Positions 54,789 through 64,000 of a DNA stretch of 64,000 bases are shown here, in pieces (the stretch's first letter is position 1; every line of letters starts with the position of its first letter). The stretch lies in the IMG/VR virus record IMGVR_UViG_3300014204_013734, positions 32,001-96,000 of that record. One strand, written 5' to 3'. The notes under the pieces are model-generated. The model was not told where the DNA came from. It did not search any database and saw only the letters and a program-made list of their open reading frames with translations. Position numbers and translations under genes: made by a program. Source of the stretch: a virus. Lineage: Duplodnaviria > Caudoviricetes.

Positions 54789-54866
54789 GGAAAAAATTAA
54801 AAAAATTTCAAGATTCTCTAAATCGGTGAAATCCTTATAATCTTCCGCTTTGTGGAGGTATTTGAA

Positions 54867-55493
54867 ATGAAACAATCTTCGTTTGAAAAAGTAGCGTCCC
54901 GATGGTTGAAGAAGGCTTCAGCCCAAGAAGAACTTCAATGGGGGACTTCAAAGCTTGTAGAAGCCCTGGAAGCCATGGACGACACGATAACCGTGTGGAC
55001 GGCCCGAGGGCACAACCCGTCAGGGCGTGCCTATGAAGGGTATGAATCCCTAGTTGATACGTATGCTGAAATCAAAACGTCAGTCAAAGAAGTGTCCACT
55101 ATCGCAGCCCAACTGCGCCGCACTATCCAGGACCTCAAAAAAGTTCGGATCCAGAAAGTAGCTGTTCAACAAGGTTTTCAGATTGACAGAAAGACAAGAA
55201 ATGGGGTTTCCGACTGGTTTGCCAAAGTCGGTCTTGATGGCAACGGTTCATTCAAGAAACCGCAAGACGGTTACCGTAAGGCATTGGACACGCTTGAACA
55301 CTTTGGAATCGTGTTAGCAGATTCCGTTGATTCCTACAAATTCACTAGGGATGAAGGACGGATCACGGTAGACTTGGGGGTGCCCAACAAGAAACCGATG
55401 ATGCCTCCGATACCCGTTGACAATTCCATGCTTGTCCTGTCCTTTCACAAACGGTCGGAAGAAAATTTTGAAGTTCTGGCATACCTTTCATGA
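54867..55493 (+). CDS. hypothetical, probable virion protein (VASRWL motif)
   Basis: GGAGG RBS. Confidence 0.7.
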   Translation: MKQSSFEKVASRWLKKASAQEELQWGTSKLVEALEAMDDTITVWTARGHNPSGRAYEGYESLVDTYAEIKTSVKEVSTIAAQLRRTIQDLKKVRIQKVAVQQGFQIDRKTRNGVSDWFAKVGLDGNGSFKKPQDGYRKALDTLEHFGIVLADSVDSYKFTRDEGRITVDLGVPNKKPMMPPIPVDNSMLVLSFHKRSEENFEVLAYLS

Positions 55494-55698
55494 CAACCCT
55501 TGCCGACAGATTGATTGACGCCATAAACCGGCACCCCGAACTGGTCCAGTGGAAAAAGCAGTTGCTTGGAAGCTGTTGCCGGCGTAGGCAACCTGACTCC
55601 ATGGTCAGGAATAGGATTTCCGAATTCATCACCCGATGGCCCAAATGGCGTTCCGTCCTGGAACCCCTCCTCAAAGAACCAGAACTTCCAAAAACCTA

Positions 55699-56295
55699 AT
55701 GAAAATAAGTACCTTGGCAGTCTTTGATTTTGACGGGACCCTTTTCAGAAGTCCCCAGGAACCTGCGTGGTGGCCCGAAGGAGAAAAGGGGAACTTCTAC
55801 CTCCACCAAGATTCCCTTGGCCGACCTTGTGTCCCGGACCATCCGGATGATTCCTGGTGGATCGGTTCAGTCGTAATTGAAGCCCGCAAGGCACTTACCG
55901 ATCCCTTTGCAAGGGCCGTGCTTTGTACGGGAAGAGTAGACAACCTTTCCTTCCGCTGGCGTGTTCCTGAGCTTCTGAAACAAAAAGGATTGGATTTTGA
56001 CGGGGTGTTCCTAAACCGTAAATCCAGTGTCAAGGAACACAAAGCATCTACCGTCAAGCAAATTTTGGTGAAAATCCCCAGCATTAAAGTCGTCAAGATG
56101 TGGGATGATGACCAGAAAAATCTGGACGCGGTTGAAGCCGTCGTTACAACTTCCGGGATGCAGTTTGAATCCCATTTGATTCGGTCTACTCCCAAACCAC
56201 TTGCCTGCGGACCTGAAACATACCTTGAAGAAAACCCTTGGTCCAAAGACCCCGCCAAACGTGTCGCTTTACGTTGGATAAAAAGAAACGCCTGA
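55699..56295 (+). CDS. HAD phosphatase, Swiss-Army-Knife RNA-repair-like
   Basis: VFDFDGTLFRSP, WW, CTGR, K, WDDD. Confidence 0.75.
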   Translation: MKISTLAVFDFDGTLFRSPQEPAWWPEGEKGNFYLHQDSLGRPCVPDHPDDSWWIGSVVIEARKALTDPFARAVLCTGRVDNLSFRWRVPELLKQKGLDFDGVFLNRKSSVKEHKASTVKQILVKIPSIKVVKMWDDDQKNLDAVEAVVTTSGMQFESHLIRSTPKPLACGPETYLEENPWSKDPAKRVALRWIKRNA

Positions 56296-56326
56296 TCGGG
56301 GTAGATTTCGGCAAGGAGGTCGTGCC

Positions 56327-57895
56327 GTGCCGAAACATCCAAGAGACATCCTGATCGGACCCGATGCCCGAATGAAACTGCTTTCAGGGGCGTTACAAGT
56401 AGCCAAGGCCGTAGCTACTACGCACGGTCCTTTGGGCAGAACCGCCCTGATTCACAGAATGTCCGGTCTCATTGACACCAAAGACGGATTAACCGTCGCC
56501 AGAGAAATCTTCCTTCCTGACCCGGTTGAAAATCTGGGCGCCCGTATTCTCCAAGAAGCCTGTATTCGAGTCAATACCGAAGCGGGGGACGGCACAACGG
56601 CGACCGCCATCATGGCAGCTACCATGTTGAAGGAAGGATTTAAGGCTATTGCCGCCGGAGACAGCCCGACGAAACTTGTTGCCGGAATGGACGTTGCCGT
56701 ATCAGAAGCCTGTGCTTTCATACGAAATTTGGCTGTTCCCGTCAACGGCAAGAATGCCATTGAAAGGATTGCCTTAGTCGCAGGCAACGGAGACGAAGAA
56801 ATAGCCGGATTGATGGCGGATGCCTGCATGGCTATCGGTAAGGACGGAACCGTAGCGGTAGAGGATGGGCAGGGGGTTGATTCTTCTTTGGAATTTAAAG
56901 AAGGATTTGAATTTCCCAAAGGCACCGCAAATCCAGCTTTCCTGACAGGACAATCCGAAAGGGTTCTTGATGACGCCTTGGTCGCCGTAACGACCCTTCC
57001 TCTTCATACCATAAACGACGTGAAAGACATTCTTGAAACAGCCAGCCAATGGCCGCGGAACGGTTTAGTCGTGTTTGCCCCCGCTATTCTCGGAGATGCC
57101 CTCAGAACGATGCTCTTAAATGACACCAAGAATGTTGTAAAATGTGTTGCGGTCCAAGTGCCGGGGCATAGGACCAGAGAATTCCTGGATGATGTTGTGG
57201 CCCTTTCGGGAGCAACGTTGGTTGACCCTTCCGCCGGGATGTCCAATCAGGTTTGGAATGCGGAATGGTTCGGAACACTCAGGAAAGTTGTCGTCAAGAA
57301 GGAATCGGCTTTCCTGGAAGCTTACGACGAAAAGGCACAGAATACCAGAAATCAAATAGCCCGATTGAAAACCGAATCGGAAAGACTAACGTCCAGTTTC
57401 GATAAGGACCGATTCAAGGAACGGATCGCCCGTTTATCCGGTGGGTTGGCCATCTTAAAAGTCGGGGGCGTAACCGAGGCAGCGTTGAAAGAACGTCGGG
57501 CACGGGTTGAAGACATGCTAGGGGCGGTAAGAGCTTCGTTGAAAGGCGGAATTGTACCGGGCGGCGGTGTAGCCTGTTTCCTGGCCAGCAAGGTTAAGAA
57601 CAGGATAGTTTCAACCGCTTTGATGGCGCCGATCAAATCCTTGGCTCGGAACGCTGACATGCACTGGATGTCCATCACCCCCCTAGCAGGCATGGATCCT
57701 TGGACTGGATGGGACTTTGTCCAGAACCGATTGAGAAATCTGGCAGAGGACCCGCTGATAGCGGATGCCGCCTTGGCGGTAGAAGCCGGTATTCGGGCGG
57801 CCGGGTCTGTGGCCAGAACACTGCTTTTGGCGGATGCCACCGTGACGCACCCGGCTTGGAACGATACCTTCTCCGGTAGTCTGAGGAGGAGGTGA
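56327..57895 (+). CDS. groEL: divergent GroEL-like chaperonin
   Basis: TKDGLTVA, AGDGTTAT, ERIARLSGG, GIVPGGG; no GGM tail. Confidence 0.88.
   Translation: MPKHPRDILIGPDARMKLLSGALQVAKAVATTHGPLGRTALIHRMSGLIDTKDGLTVAREIFLPDPVENLGARILQEACIRVNTEAGDGTTATAIMAATMLKEGFKAIAAGDSPTKLVAGMDVAVSEACAFIRNLAVPVNGKNAIERIALVAGNGDEEIAGLMADACMAIGKDGTVAVEDGQGVDSSLEFKEGFEFPKGTANPAFLTGQSERVLDDALVAVTTLPLHTINDVKDILETASQWPRNGLVVFAPAILGDALRTMLLNDTKNVVKCVAVQVPGHRTREFLDDVVALSGATLVDPSAGMSNQVWNAEWFGTLRKVVVKKESAFLEAYDEKAQNTRNQIARLKTESERLTSSFDKDRFKERIARLSGGLAILKVGGVTEAALKERRARVEDMLGAVRASLKGGIVPGGGVACFLASKVKNRIVSTALMAPIKSLARNADMHWMSITPLAGMDPWTGWDFVQNRLRNLAEDPLIADAALAVEAGIRAAGSVARTLLLADATVTHPAWNDTFSGSLRRR
57852..57880 (+). promoter_or_regulatory. 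phage promoter motif
   Basis: exact motif followed by GGAGG and ATG. Confidence 0.75.
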
Positions 57896-58039
57896 CAATC
57901 ATGATTACGTTCATCCTAGTCGTCAGTGTTTTGGTTGTTTTTGGAGGGGCTGCTTGTTTTGGTTTTCTTTTCTTGCTGCCGGGGGTAGTCTTGTGGTTGC
58001 TTGGCAAGTGTTTTTCTGCCGCTTCAAAGGAAGTCATTT

Positions 58040-58471
58040 ATGGAAAGACCGACAACTGAAAGCATTCTGGAAATTTTGGAACGGGTGGAAGAAACCCTGG
58101 CAGGACTCGTCCATCTGGAAAAGCAAGGAATCTTAGACAACGAATCCCAAGTCAAGTGCGTCCTTACCCTTTCCGTAGCGGTCCTGGCGTTGGACCTGTA
58201 TTTGACGGGAAAAGTGGAAAACAGAGGGAAAAAGGACCACTTAGATGCGGCCCCTCTTCTGGCGGGACAACCTTGGATCGCGGAACTGTCGGACGGTTGG
58301 TCCGCCTTAGTCTTGCGAAAACCGACAAAGGAAGACCGTCGCATGGTCTTCCTGGATGAAAATACCTCGGACCGACCCCCAGACGAAAAAGTCAAAAGTT
58401 TGTGGGATACGTTGGTTTCACTGAAGAAGCCCCCGGTAAAATTTCCCATTAACGATGGTTTGTTTGAATGA
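58040..58471 (+). CDS. hypothetical protein
   Basis: AAGGA RBS; operon packing. Confidence 0.65.
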   Translation: MERPTTESILEILERVEETLAGLVHLEKQGILDNESQVKCVLTLSVAVLALDLYLTGKVENRGKKDHLDAAPLLAGQPWIAELSDGWSALVLRKPTKEDRRMVFLDENTSDRPPDEKVKSLWDTLVSLKKPPVKFPINDGLFE

Positions 58472-58887
58472 ACGTGCCTCCAAAAGAATTGTTTGAAGGA
58501 GGGTCTAAGACCCTATCCGTTGAAGTCAGGGTTTGCATTGATGAATTCGGGACCGTCTGGTCGTTCCATCAGCTTTCCACAGAAGACGAAAAGAAAGCTT
58601 CTTCATATCCGGGGGGCGGGACCCAACAGATCGGTCATGCACTCTTGGTAGAAACAGTGCGTCGGGAAACCTTCAATTCCGCCTTGGTTTTGTTGGAATC
58701 CGAACCGACTTTCCTTCAGACATGGACTACCGCAGACGAAACGGTCAAGAAGGAACTGGAAGAAAAACTTGCCACTGCAATACATGGGGTAATTGAAAGA
58801 ACGACCAGAAGGTTGTGCCCTTCGTCCGTTAAAGAAATACTCAGTATGTTGGAACAACAGAAGATAGGCAAGAATGACGGAACTTGA
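58468..58887 (+). CDS. hypothetical protein
   Basis: overlapping start/stop. Confidence 0.65.
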   Translation: MNVPPKELFEGGSKTLSVEVRVCIDEFGTVWSFHQLSTEDEKKASSYPGGGTQQIGHALLVETVRRETFNSALVLLESEPTFLQTWTTADETVKKELEEKLATAIHGVIERTTRRLCPSSVKEILSMLEQQKIGKNDGT

Positions 58888-59089
58888 AACGACTAAGAAG
58901 ACCTTATGGAGTCAGTTCCGAAACCTGATGCGACGCCGGACGCCGCCGGTGGCCGTTTCCAACCTTGCCCCTGAAACGGCTTTTGAACTAGGCTGGCGCC
59001 TGGGCTTACGAACAGGCTATGAAGAAGGCGTCAGCGACGGTATTGGCATTGATAAAGATACCCCCACCCCAAATCCGGAAATCCACTGA
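58874..59089 (+). CDS. small hypothetical protein
   Basis: operon packing. Confidence 0.55.
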   Translation: MTELETTKKTLWSQFRNLMRRRTPPVAVSNLAPETAFELGWRLGLRTGYEEGVSDGIGIDKDTPTPNPEIH

Positions 59090-59175
59090 AAACGGTTTCC
59101 CCGTCGTCTACATCCCGTTGATTATCCTATGAAACCCTTTTGGGTGGGTGGTCTCATCTGAAAGGGTTATGAACC

Positions 59176-60237
59176 ATGGAAAATTTCCAAAATTCAGGCG
59201 ACAGGGATTTCTTGATTTTTGCGGAAAAATGGGAATCCTTACCGAAAGGTTGGACGGAACAATCCGCAAAAGATTTCTGGGATTCCCTGACCGGAGAAGT
59301 CAAGCACAAGGTGACGAAGTGCATCAAGGAAATGGAAGGGAATGTGGACGACCCCGGCGCATTTTGTGGCTCACTCGCCGATCTCGTAGACCCGGGATGG
59401 AGAAACCGCAAAGCACGGGTTGCTGCACAGGAATCCCTTTTCAAGCCGTGGTTGGGGAAAAAAGAACCCCTTATCCCTTTGATTTTCAAGAAAATCAAGG
59501 ATCAGCAGAAGGAACGTGATGACATCGGTTTACGGTCCTTCCAGGCGGGAATCAACGGTTTCATTTACAACCTTTTTGATGACTTTATCGGCGGAAAAAT
59601 CTTGGCACAAAAACTGTGGACTTTGTTTGAAGGAAGCGGCATCAGCCAGGACACATATATCGGCAAGGAAGTCTTTTACTACTTTGAAAGATACTTCACC
59701 GGGTCTTCGTCTCTCCGTCTTCTTCAAGCAGCAGCAGTAGCTTTGGAACTTCTACGTCGGGGACGCATGCCCCGCCTGGCGGCAAAGGCGGAAGCCTTGT
59801 TCCTGGCGAATCTGAAAGACGAAATGAAAAAGGAACAACCCATTGCCCCTGCAGGCAAAGGGAAGACCCCGACCCAAGTCTTGAAGGAACTGGTTACCGA
59901 ACGGCTGCCGAAGGCGAAAGAATACTTAGCAAACGCCCAACATGCTGGATTCCCAATCAGTGTGGATCTGGCCCGAACCTTGGTAGCGGAAGCTTTGGAA
60001 GATTCAAACTGGCCTTCCTTATCGTCCAAAATCAGGTCTATGACTACTGATGAACTCCAGGATCTTCCTGGTGCTTTGTACAATCCAATTTCCAAAGATG
60101 AAGGTTGGGCTGTCAATTATCTAGCCGTCATGGGAATTGCCATCCTGTCCTTGGTCAAGGACAAGGAAGGGATTGCCGTCTTGAAAAAGGCACTCCTTTC
60201 GGAATTTCCAGACACTTTGCAGGAAGACGAGGAATGA
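59176..60237 (+). CDS. hypothetical, probable virion protein
   Basis: 353 aa ORF. Confidence 0.7.
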   Translation: MENFQNSGDRDFLIFAEKWESLPKGWTEQSAKDFWDSLTGEVKHKVTKCIKEMEGNVDDPGAFCGSLADLVDPGWRNRKARVAAQESLFKPWLGKKEPLIPLIFKKIKDQQKERDDIGLRSFQAGINGFIYNLFDDFIGGKILAQKLWTLFEGSGISQDTYIGKEVFYYFERYFTGSSSLRLLQAAAVALELLRRGRMPRLAAKAEALFLANLKDEMKKEQPIAPAGKGKTPTQVLKELVTERLPKAKEYLANAQHAGFPISVDLARTLVAEALEDSNWPSLSSKIRSMTTDELQDLPGALYNPISKDEGWAVNYLAVMGIAILSLVKDKEGIAVLKKALLSEFPDTLQEDEE

Positions 60238-60905
60238 CCCAACAAAGCAGAAAAGTAGCCGCCAGATGGCTGGCCCGAAAAGCAAGTTTGGAAAGTAGGG
60301 TCAAGGATCTGTTCTTTCCGTTCAAAGACAGCATCAAGAATTGGCCTGGGTTCATCGGGGAACTTGATTCCTTGTTCAGCATCTTCACGGAATACGCGGG
60401 AGTGAAAGCGGTATCCGTCAAACAAACCAAGACGGGATTGGAAACCGCCTTCGGGAAAGAAGTTGGCGGTTCTGAACCCCCTTCTTACGTTGAACAAGAA
60501 TTCCAGGTCCCGGAAGAAATCCGCGTTGATCTATTGGCGGTCGTTGATTTCAGGAATCTGGTTTGGGGATGGTCCAAAGCCTTGAAAACCTATGTCCTGG
60601 ATGAAAAGACGTTCAGGACTTTGTTCTTTGACCGGATGTTGAACGACAACTATTTCCGACAGGAATTCCTGAAATTGGCGGGGATAGCGTTGGAGAAAGA
60701 CCTGAAAGAACAAAGCATTGAATTCTGGGCAATGGATGCTGGTCTTGACGCATGGATTCCTGACAACACGGAAGCGTCCGTATCGAAATGGGACGGTAAT
60801 TTGAAATCAGTAGAGGTTGGACGACCAACGGTTTCAAGAACCACTGCACAGTTCCCCGTTTTGGCGGTCCTTGATTTGGACGTTTATGTGGAAATGCCCG
60901 ACTAA
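60234..60905 (+). CDS. hypothetical, probable virion protein (VAARWL motif)
   Basis: GAGGA RBS; overlap with the upstream stop. Confidence 0.7.
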   Translation: MTQQSRKVAARWLARKASLESRVKDLFFPFKDSIKNWPGFIGELDSLFSIFTEYAGVKAVSVKQTKTGLETAFGKEVGGSEPPSYVEQEFQVPEEIRVDLLAVVDFRNLVWGWSKALKTYVLDEKTFRTLFFDRMLNDNYFRQEFLKLAGIALEKDLKEQSIEFWAMDAGLDAWIPDNTEASVSKWDGNLKSVEVGRPTVSRTTAQFPVLAVLDLDVYVEMPD

Positions 60906-60927
60906 TCTTAGTTTAGGAACCACAAGC

Positions 60928-62214
60928 ATGCAACGCAAAGCCAAAGCAACAGTCACCCCAGTTCGACAGCGTTCCCAGTACACATGTATGGCAACTTCGT
61001 TATCCATGTGTATCAAAGCATTAGGCAAGAAAGTGACTGAAGACGAGGTGAATGATGTTCTCGGGGCTACCCCGATGCACGGGGCTTCCTGGGAACAGGC
61101 TTTGGCTGCAGCACAGTATTTCGGGTGCCGGGGGACCCTGGTCGTTCCCGCTACCTTGAACATGGTGAAGAAGTGGACCGATGCCGGAATCCCCGTGATG
61201 ATTGCTTGGAATCCTGAAGGGCGCCCGTGGTCCCATGCGTCCGTAGTGTTTGATGTTGACGACAATGGAAACGTTCATGTCGCCGACCCGAACATCCCCG
61301 ACCCGGAATTGACGGTCAGGGTTGTTTCCAAAGACGAATTCTATCACAAGTGGATGGAAAAAGTCAGTGATTCCTTGATTGTCCGTCGCCCGGCCATGGC
61401 CATTGAATTGGAAGTAACCTCTGACGGGCATCAGGTTGTAGCTTCTAAATTTTTCATGCCTGCATATGCAGAAAAAATATTTGACCAAAAGATGAAACGG
61501 ATTCCAGGAACCTTTTCGTGGGTGTCTCAGGAAAAGAGTTTCGCCGTAACAGCCTTTCCCCCCAACAGATCATTTCCAGGCAGATACTGGGTTGAAACGT
61601 TTGTCCCAAGCATGACAGGCGATCACTACGACGAAAAAACCAATACAATTGGAATCGGACCTGCCTGGATGCACGATGGCAGGAGCTATCCGTCACTGGA
61701 GGGTGAGGGTTTCAAGGATGTGCTCCATAGCTTGGGTTATGCGAAAACCCTTGCACAGGAAGCGGATCATTATGCCGATTGGTTAGAACGGGAATTTCCC
61801 ATCAAGGTATCTGCCCAAGTTAGGGCAAAGATAACGTCTTTGATGAAAGGTTTGGCAACACGGAAATGGGAATGGGGAAAGAACCCCTTCAAAGCCCCGC
61901 AATTCAGGATTTCGTTAGATGACGGAACAGCAAAACTCAAACGAGCTTACCTTGAATCGCAAATTGCCAAGCGATGGCTAAGGAAAGTTGCCCGGGCGTC
62001 CGTCCACGGCATTGCCGTTTACAAAGGGAAGATTGACCCCCAGACGGGCAATCCTTTCCTGTCATTGTTGAACAGCGCAAATCCGAAGGATGTCGGATCC
62101 ATTTGGGTCATGCCGGAAGAGGCTTTGTTGAAAATCAGGAAAGATGTCCCGTTCCTGGTTGAATACGATCCGGATGACGACTTCCTGAATTACGTGCCCT
62201 TGACCAAAGTTTGA
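60928..62214 (+). CDS. C39-like cysteine peptidase domain protein
   Basis: Q..QYTC, WSHASVV, VADPN. Confidence 0.75.
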   Translation: MQRKAKATVTPVRQRSQYTCMATSLSMCIKALGKKVTEDEVNDVLGATPMHGASWEQALAAAQYFGCRGTLVVPATLNMVKKWTDAGIPVMIAWNPEGRPWSHASVVFDVDDNGNVHVADPNIPDPELTVRVVSKDEFYHKWMEKVSDSLIVRRPAMAIELEVTSDGHQVVASKFFMPAYAEKIFDQKMKRIPGTFSWVSQEKSFAVTAFPPNRSFPGRYWVETFVPSMTGDHYDEKTNTIGIGPAWMHDGRSYPSLEGEGFKDVLHSLGYAKTLAQEADHYADWLEREFPIKVSAQVRAKITSLMKGLATRKWEWGKNPFKAPQFRISLDDGTAKLKRAYLESQIAKRWLRKVARASVHGIAVYKGKIDPQTGNPFLSLLNSANPKDVGSIWVMPEEALLKIRKDVPFLVEYDPDDDFLNYVPLTKV

Positions 62215-62223
62215 GGTTTAGTT

Positions 62224-64000
62224 ATGAAGAAAACAGCCATCGGACCGAAGGTGATCTTTAAGTCCGACAAACCCCTGTTCACGGAAGTAGCCCACAAATA
62301 CGAAGAACCTTACGGGCTTCGCCTTGTGTCTATGAATCTGGTCAGATTCACCCCTACTGGAAAATCTGAACCTTGGACAAAAGGTCAGAAAGGCGTGCGT
62401 AATCAGGTGCAAATCGCACTTGATTTTGATGCGGAACTATTTCCGACCTACGCCAAAGAAAAGTCAAACGTCAAAATGAACTTCCGTGCTGAAGGACCGG
62501 CATACGTGTATGTGAACGATAAGGTAAAGGTATGGTCTTTCTTGATGTCCCCAATGGCATTTTGGCACATCAATTTTGAACAATCTCTGAATAAAGAAGG
62601 TTTCATCACCTATGGTATGTATCACACACCAAACGGTGGAGGAACCTTGAATGAAGCCACGGTTTTGTCACAAATAAGCGACTTTTTGACAAGTTCCGCA
62701 TTCAAGCAAACGATTACCATGCTGCAACACGCTTGGGACAGCCCCACAGGAAAGACTTCCGGTTACAAAGGAAACCCTGACGGCAGGGACATCTATCCTG
62801 TTGAAGTCAAACACGGTTATGGAGAACCCTTGGCGGGAGGAACTGACGTGATGAGAAAACTCCAGAATTTGCTTCTGACCGAACAAGGGTCGGACCCCAG
62901 ACCGGAAAGCTCAAAAATTGCTGTCTTAGGGGAAGATATGCGAAACCTGAAACGCTTGGCAATGGAATTTCCGACGGAAAAAGCCAAGAAGAAATACCTG
63001 AAGGAACACCCAAAAGCAGATCCTTCCAATCATACTGTTGAGGAAAAGAAAGACGAAGACGAAGCCAAGGTAACAAAGCAAGGTCCCGGCGGACAAAAAG
63101 CCCAGAAAGCATGGAGGGATGCTGGAAAAGCATACAAGACGTTTGAAGACATGAATAAAGAAGAACAATCTCTCCGAAGGAAATTGAAAAAAGGCGACCC
63201 TTCTGCCACAGCGGAAGCTGCAGAGTTTTACAGTAAGTCTGTGGAATACGCCAAAAAAATGAACAGGTACAACAAAAAAATCCTAGATGAAATAGACAGG
63301 GAATCCCTTGACGACCCTAAGAAAAAGATTTTTGATGAAGCCCTGAAAAAATTCAACGAAGCTGAAGACCATATTGAAAAGAGCCCAAAGACTTTAGGCA
63401 AAGATTCTATGGGCTATGATCAGGATCCCCTTTTTCTTGGCGGATGGGTAGCAGCCATTCCCATACATGTTTTGGAAATACTTCATGACATTATGTACAA
63501 AGCGGGAAAGAAAGCTTTCCTGGAACGTCTTACAATGGAATTTCCGACGGAAAAAGCCTTAAAAGATTACCTGAAAGAACACCCAAAAGCAGACCCTTCC
63601 AACCATACAGTTACCAAAAAAGAAGAAACAGGTAAAAAGGACACTCCAAAAGGAAATCTGCTTGGAAAAGACGTCCAGAAACGTTGGAAGGACATAGGGA
63701 AGCACCATGCAGAATTGATGGACACCGCCAAGGAAAGCCAACAATTGCATGAAAAGCTGAACAAGGCACACCATGATCATGAGCACCAGGAAAAAGCAAA
63801 GGAATTGGAAAAAGAACTAAAAGGTCACGCGCAAATGTACTACAACCGAAACCGATCCAACGGTTTCAGGATGATGGAACACGTTGAAAAAATCATGAAA
63901 GACATTGACAGGGAAACCCTTGATGCTGAAGGAAAAAAACTCTACGACGAAGCAAAAGAAGGCAAAGTCAAGGCGGATGATTTGGTAGAAGGGGGTTATG
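62224..64000 (+). CDS. large Lys/Glu-rich protein, 3'-truncated, with internal repeats
   Basis: open frame to the window end; MEFPTEKA...YLKEHPKADPSNHTV occurs twice. Confidence 0.7.
   Translation, partial: MKKTAIGPKVIFKSDKPLFTEVAHKYEEPYGLRLVSMNLVRFTPTGKSEPWTKGQKGVRNQVQIALDFDAELFPTYAKEKSNVKMNFRAEGPAYVYVNDKVKVWSFLMSPMAFWHINFEQSLNKEGFITYGMYHTPNGGGTLNEATVLSQISDFLTSSAFKQTITMLQHAWDSPTGKTSGYKGNPDGRDIYPVEVKHGYGEPLAGGTDVMRKLQNLLLTEQGSDPRPESSKIAVLGEDMRNLKRLAMEFPTEKAKKKYLKEHPKADPSNHTVEEKKDEDEAKVTKQGPGGQKAQKAWRDAGKAYKTFEDMNKEEQSLRRKLKKGDPSATAEAAEFYSKSVEYAKKMNRYNKKILDEIDRESLDDPKKKIFDEALKKFNEAEDHIEKSPKTLGKDSMGYDQDPLFLGGWVAAIPIHVLEILHDIMYKAGKKAFLERLTMEFPTEKALKDYLKEHPKADPSNHTVTKKEETGKKDTPKGNLLGKDVQKRWKDIGKHHAELMDTAKESQQLHEKLNKAHHDHEHQEKAKELEKELKGHAQMYYNRNRSNGFRMMEHVEKIMKDIDRETLDAEGKKLYDEAKEGKVKADDLVEGGY

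Noticed and set aside
1-64000. Genome-wide stop codon reassignment
   Set aside because: Long intact ORFs in code 11, all three stops are used, and no suppressor tRNA was found.

Overview
A 64 kb segment of a large (jumbo/huge) dsDNA bacteriophage genome read in standard code 11. (1) 2-17 kb: an operon with a complete deamidating NAD+ salvage set (PncA-, PncB-, NadD- and NadE-like), a vWA/PP2C/kinase triad, dCMP deaminase, macrodomain and Thg1. (2) Two convergent stable-RNA arrays, 17.2-27.2 kb (+) and 47.1-54.5 kb (-), with 38 tRNAs covering all 20 amino acids. Twelve CCA-less tRNAs are each fused at the 3' end to an HDV-like (theta-type) self-cleaving ribozyme. The + array also holds four tandem Y RNAs in front of a Ro60/TROVE gene, three solitary type I-E CRISPR repeats (one inside a tRNA-like shell), several unexplained structured RNAs, HNH genes and an RF1-type release factor interrupted by a prfB-like CTT-TGA +1 frameshift site. 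(3) 28-47 kb: RNA ligase-like gene, intein-containing RtcB, radical SAM, MoxR AAA/vWA pair, methyltransferases and an MBL hydrolase. (4) 54.8-64 kb: HAD phosphatase, GroEL-like chaperonin and probable virion proteins with a shared VAxRW motif. A phage-specific bipartite motif CGGCTTGG-N15-GGTAGT, probably a promoter, occurs 13 times. All calls were made by eye from motifs and base pairing; no database searches were run.
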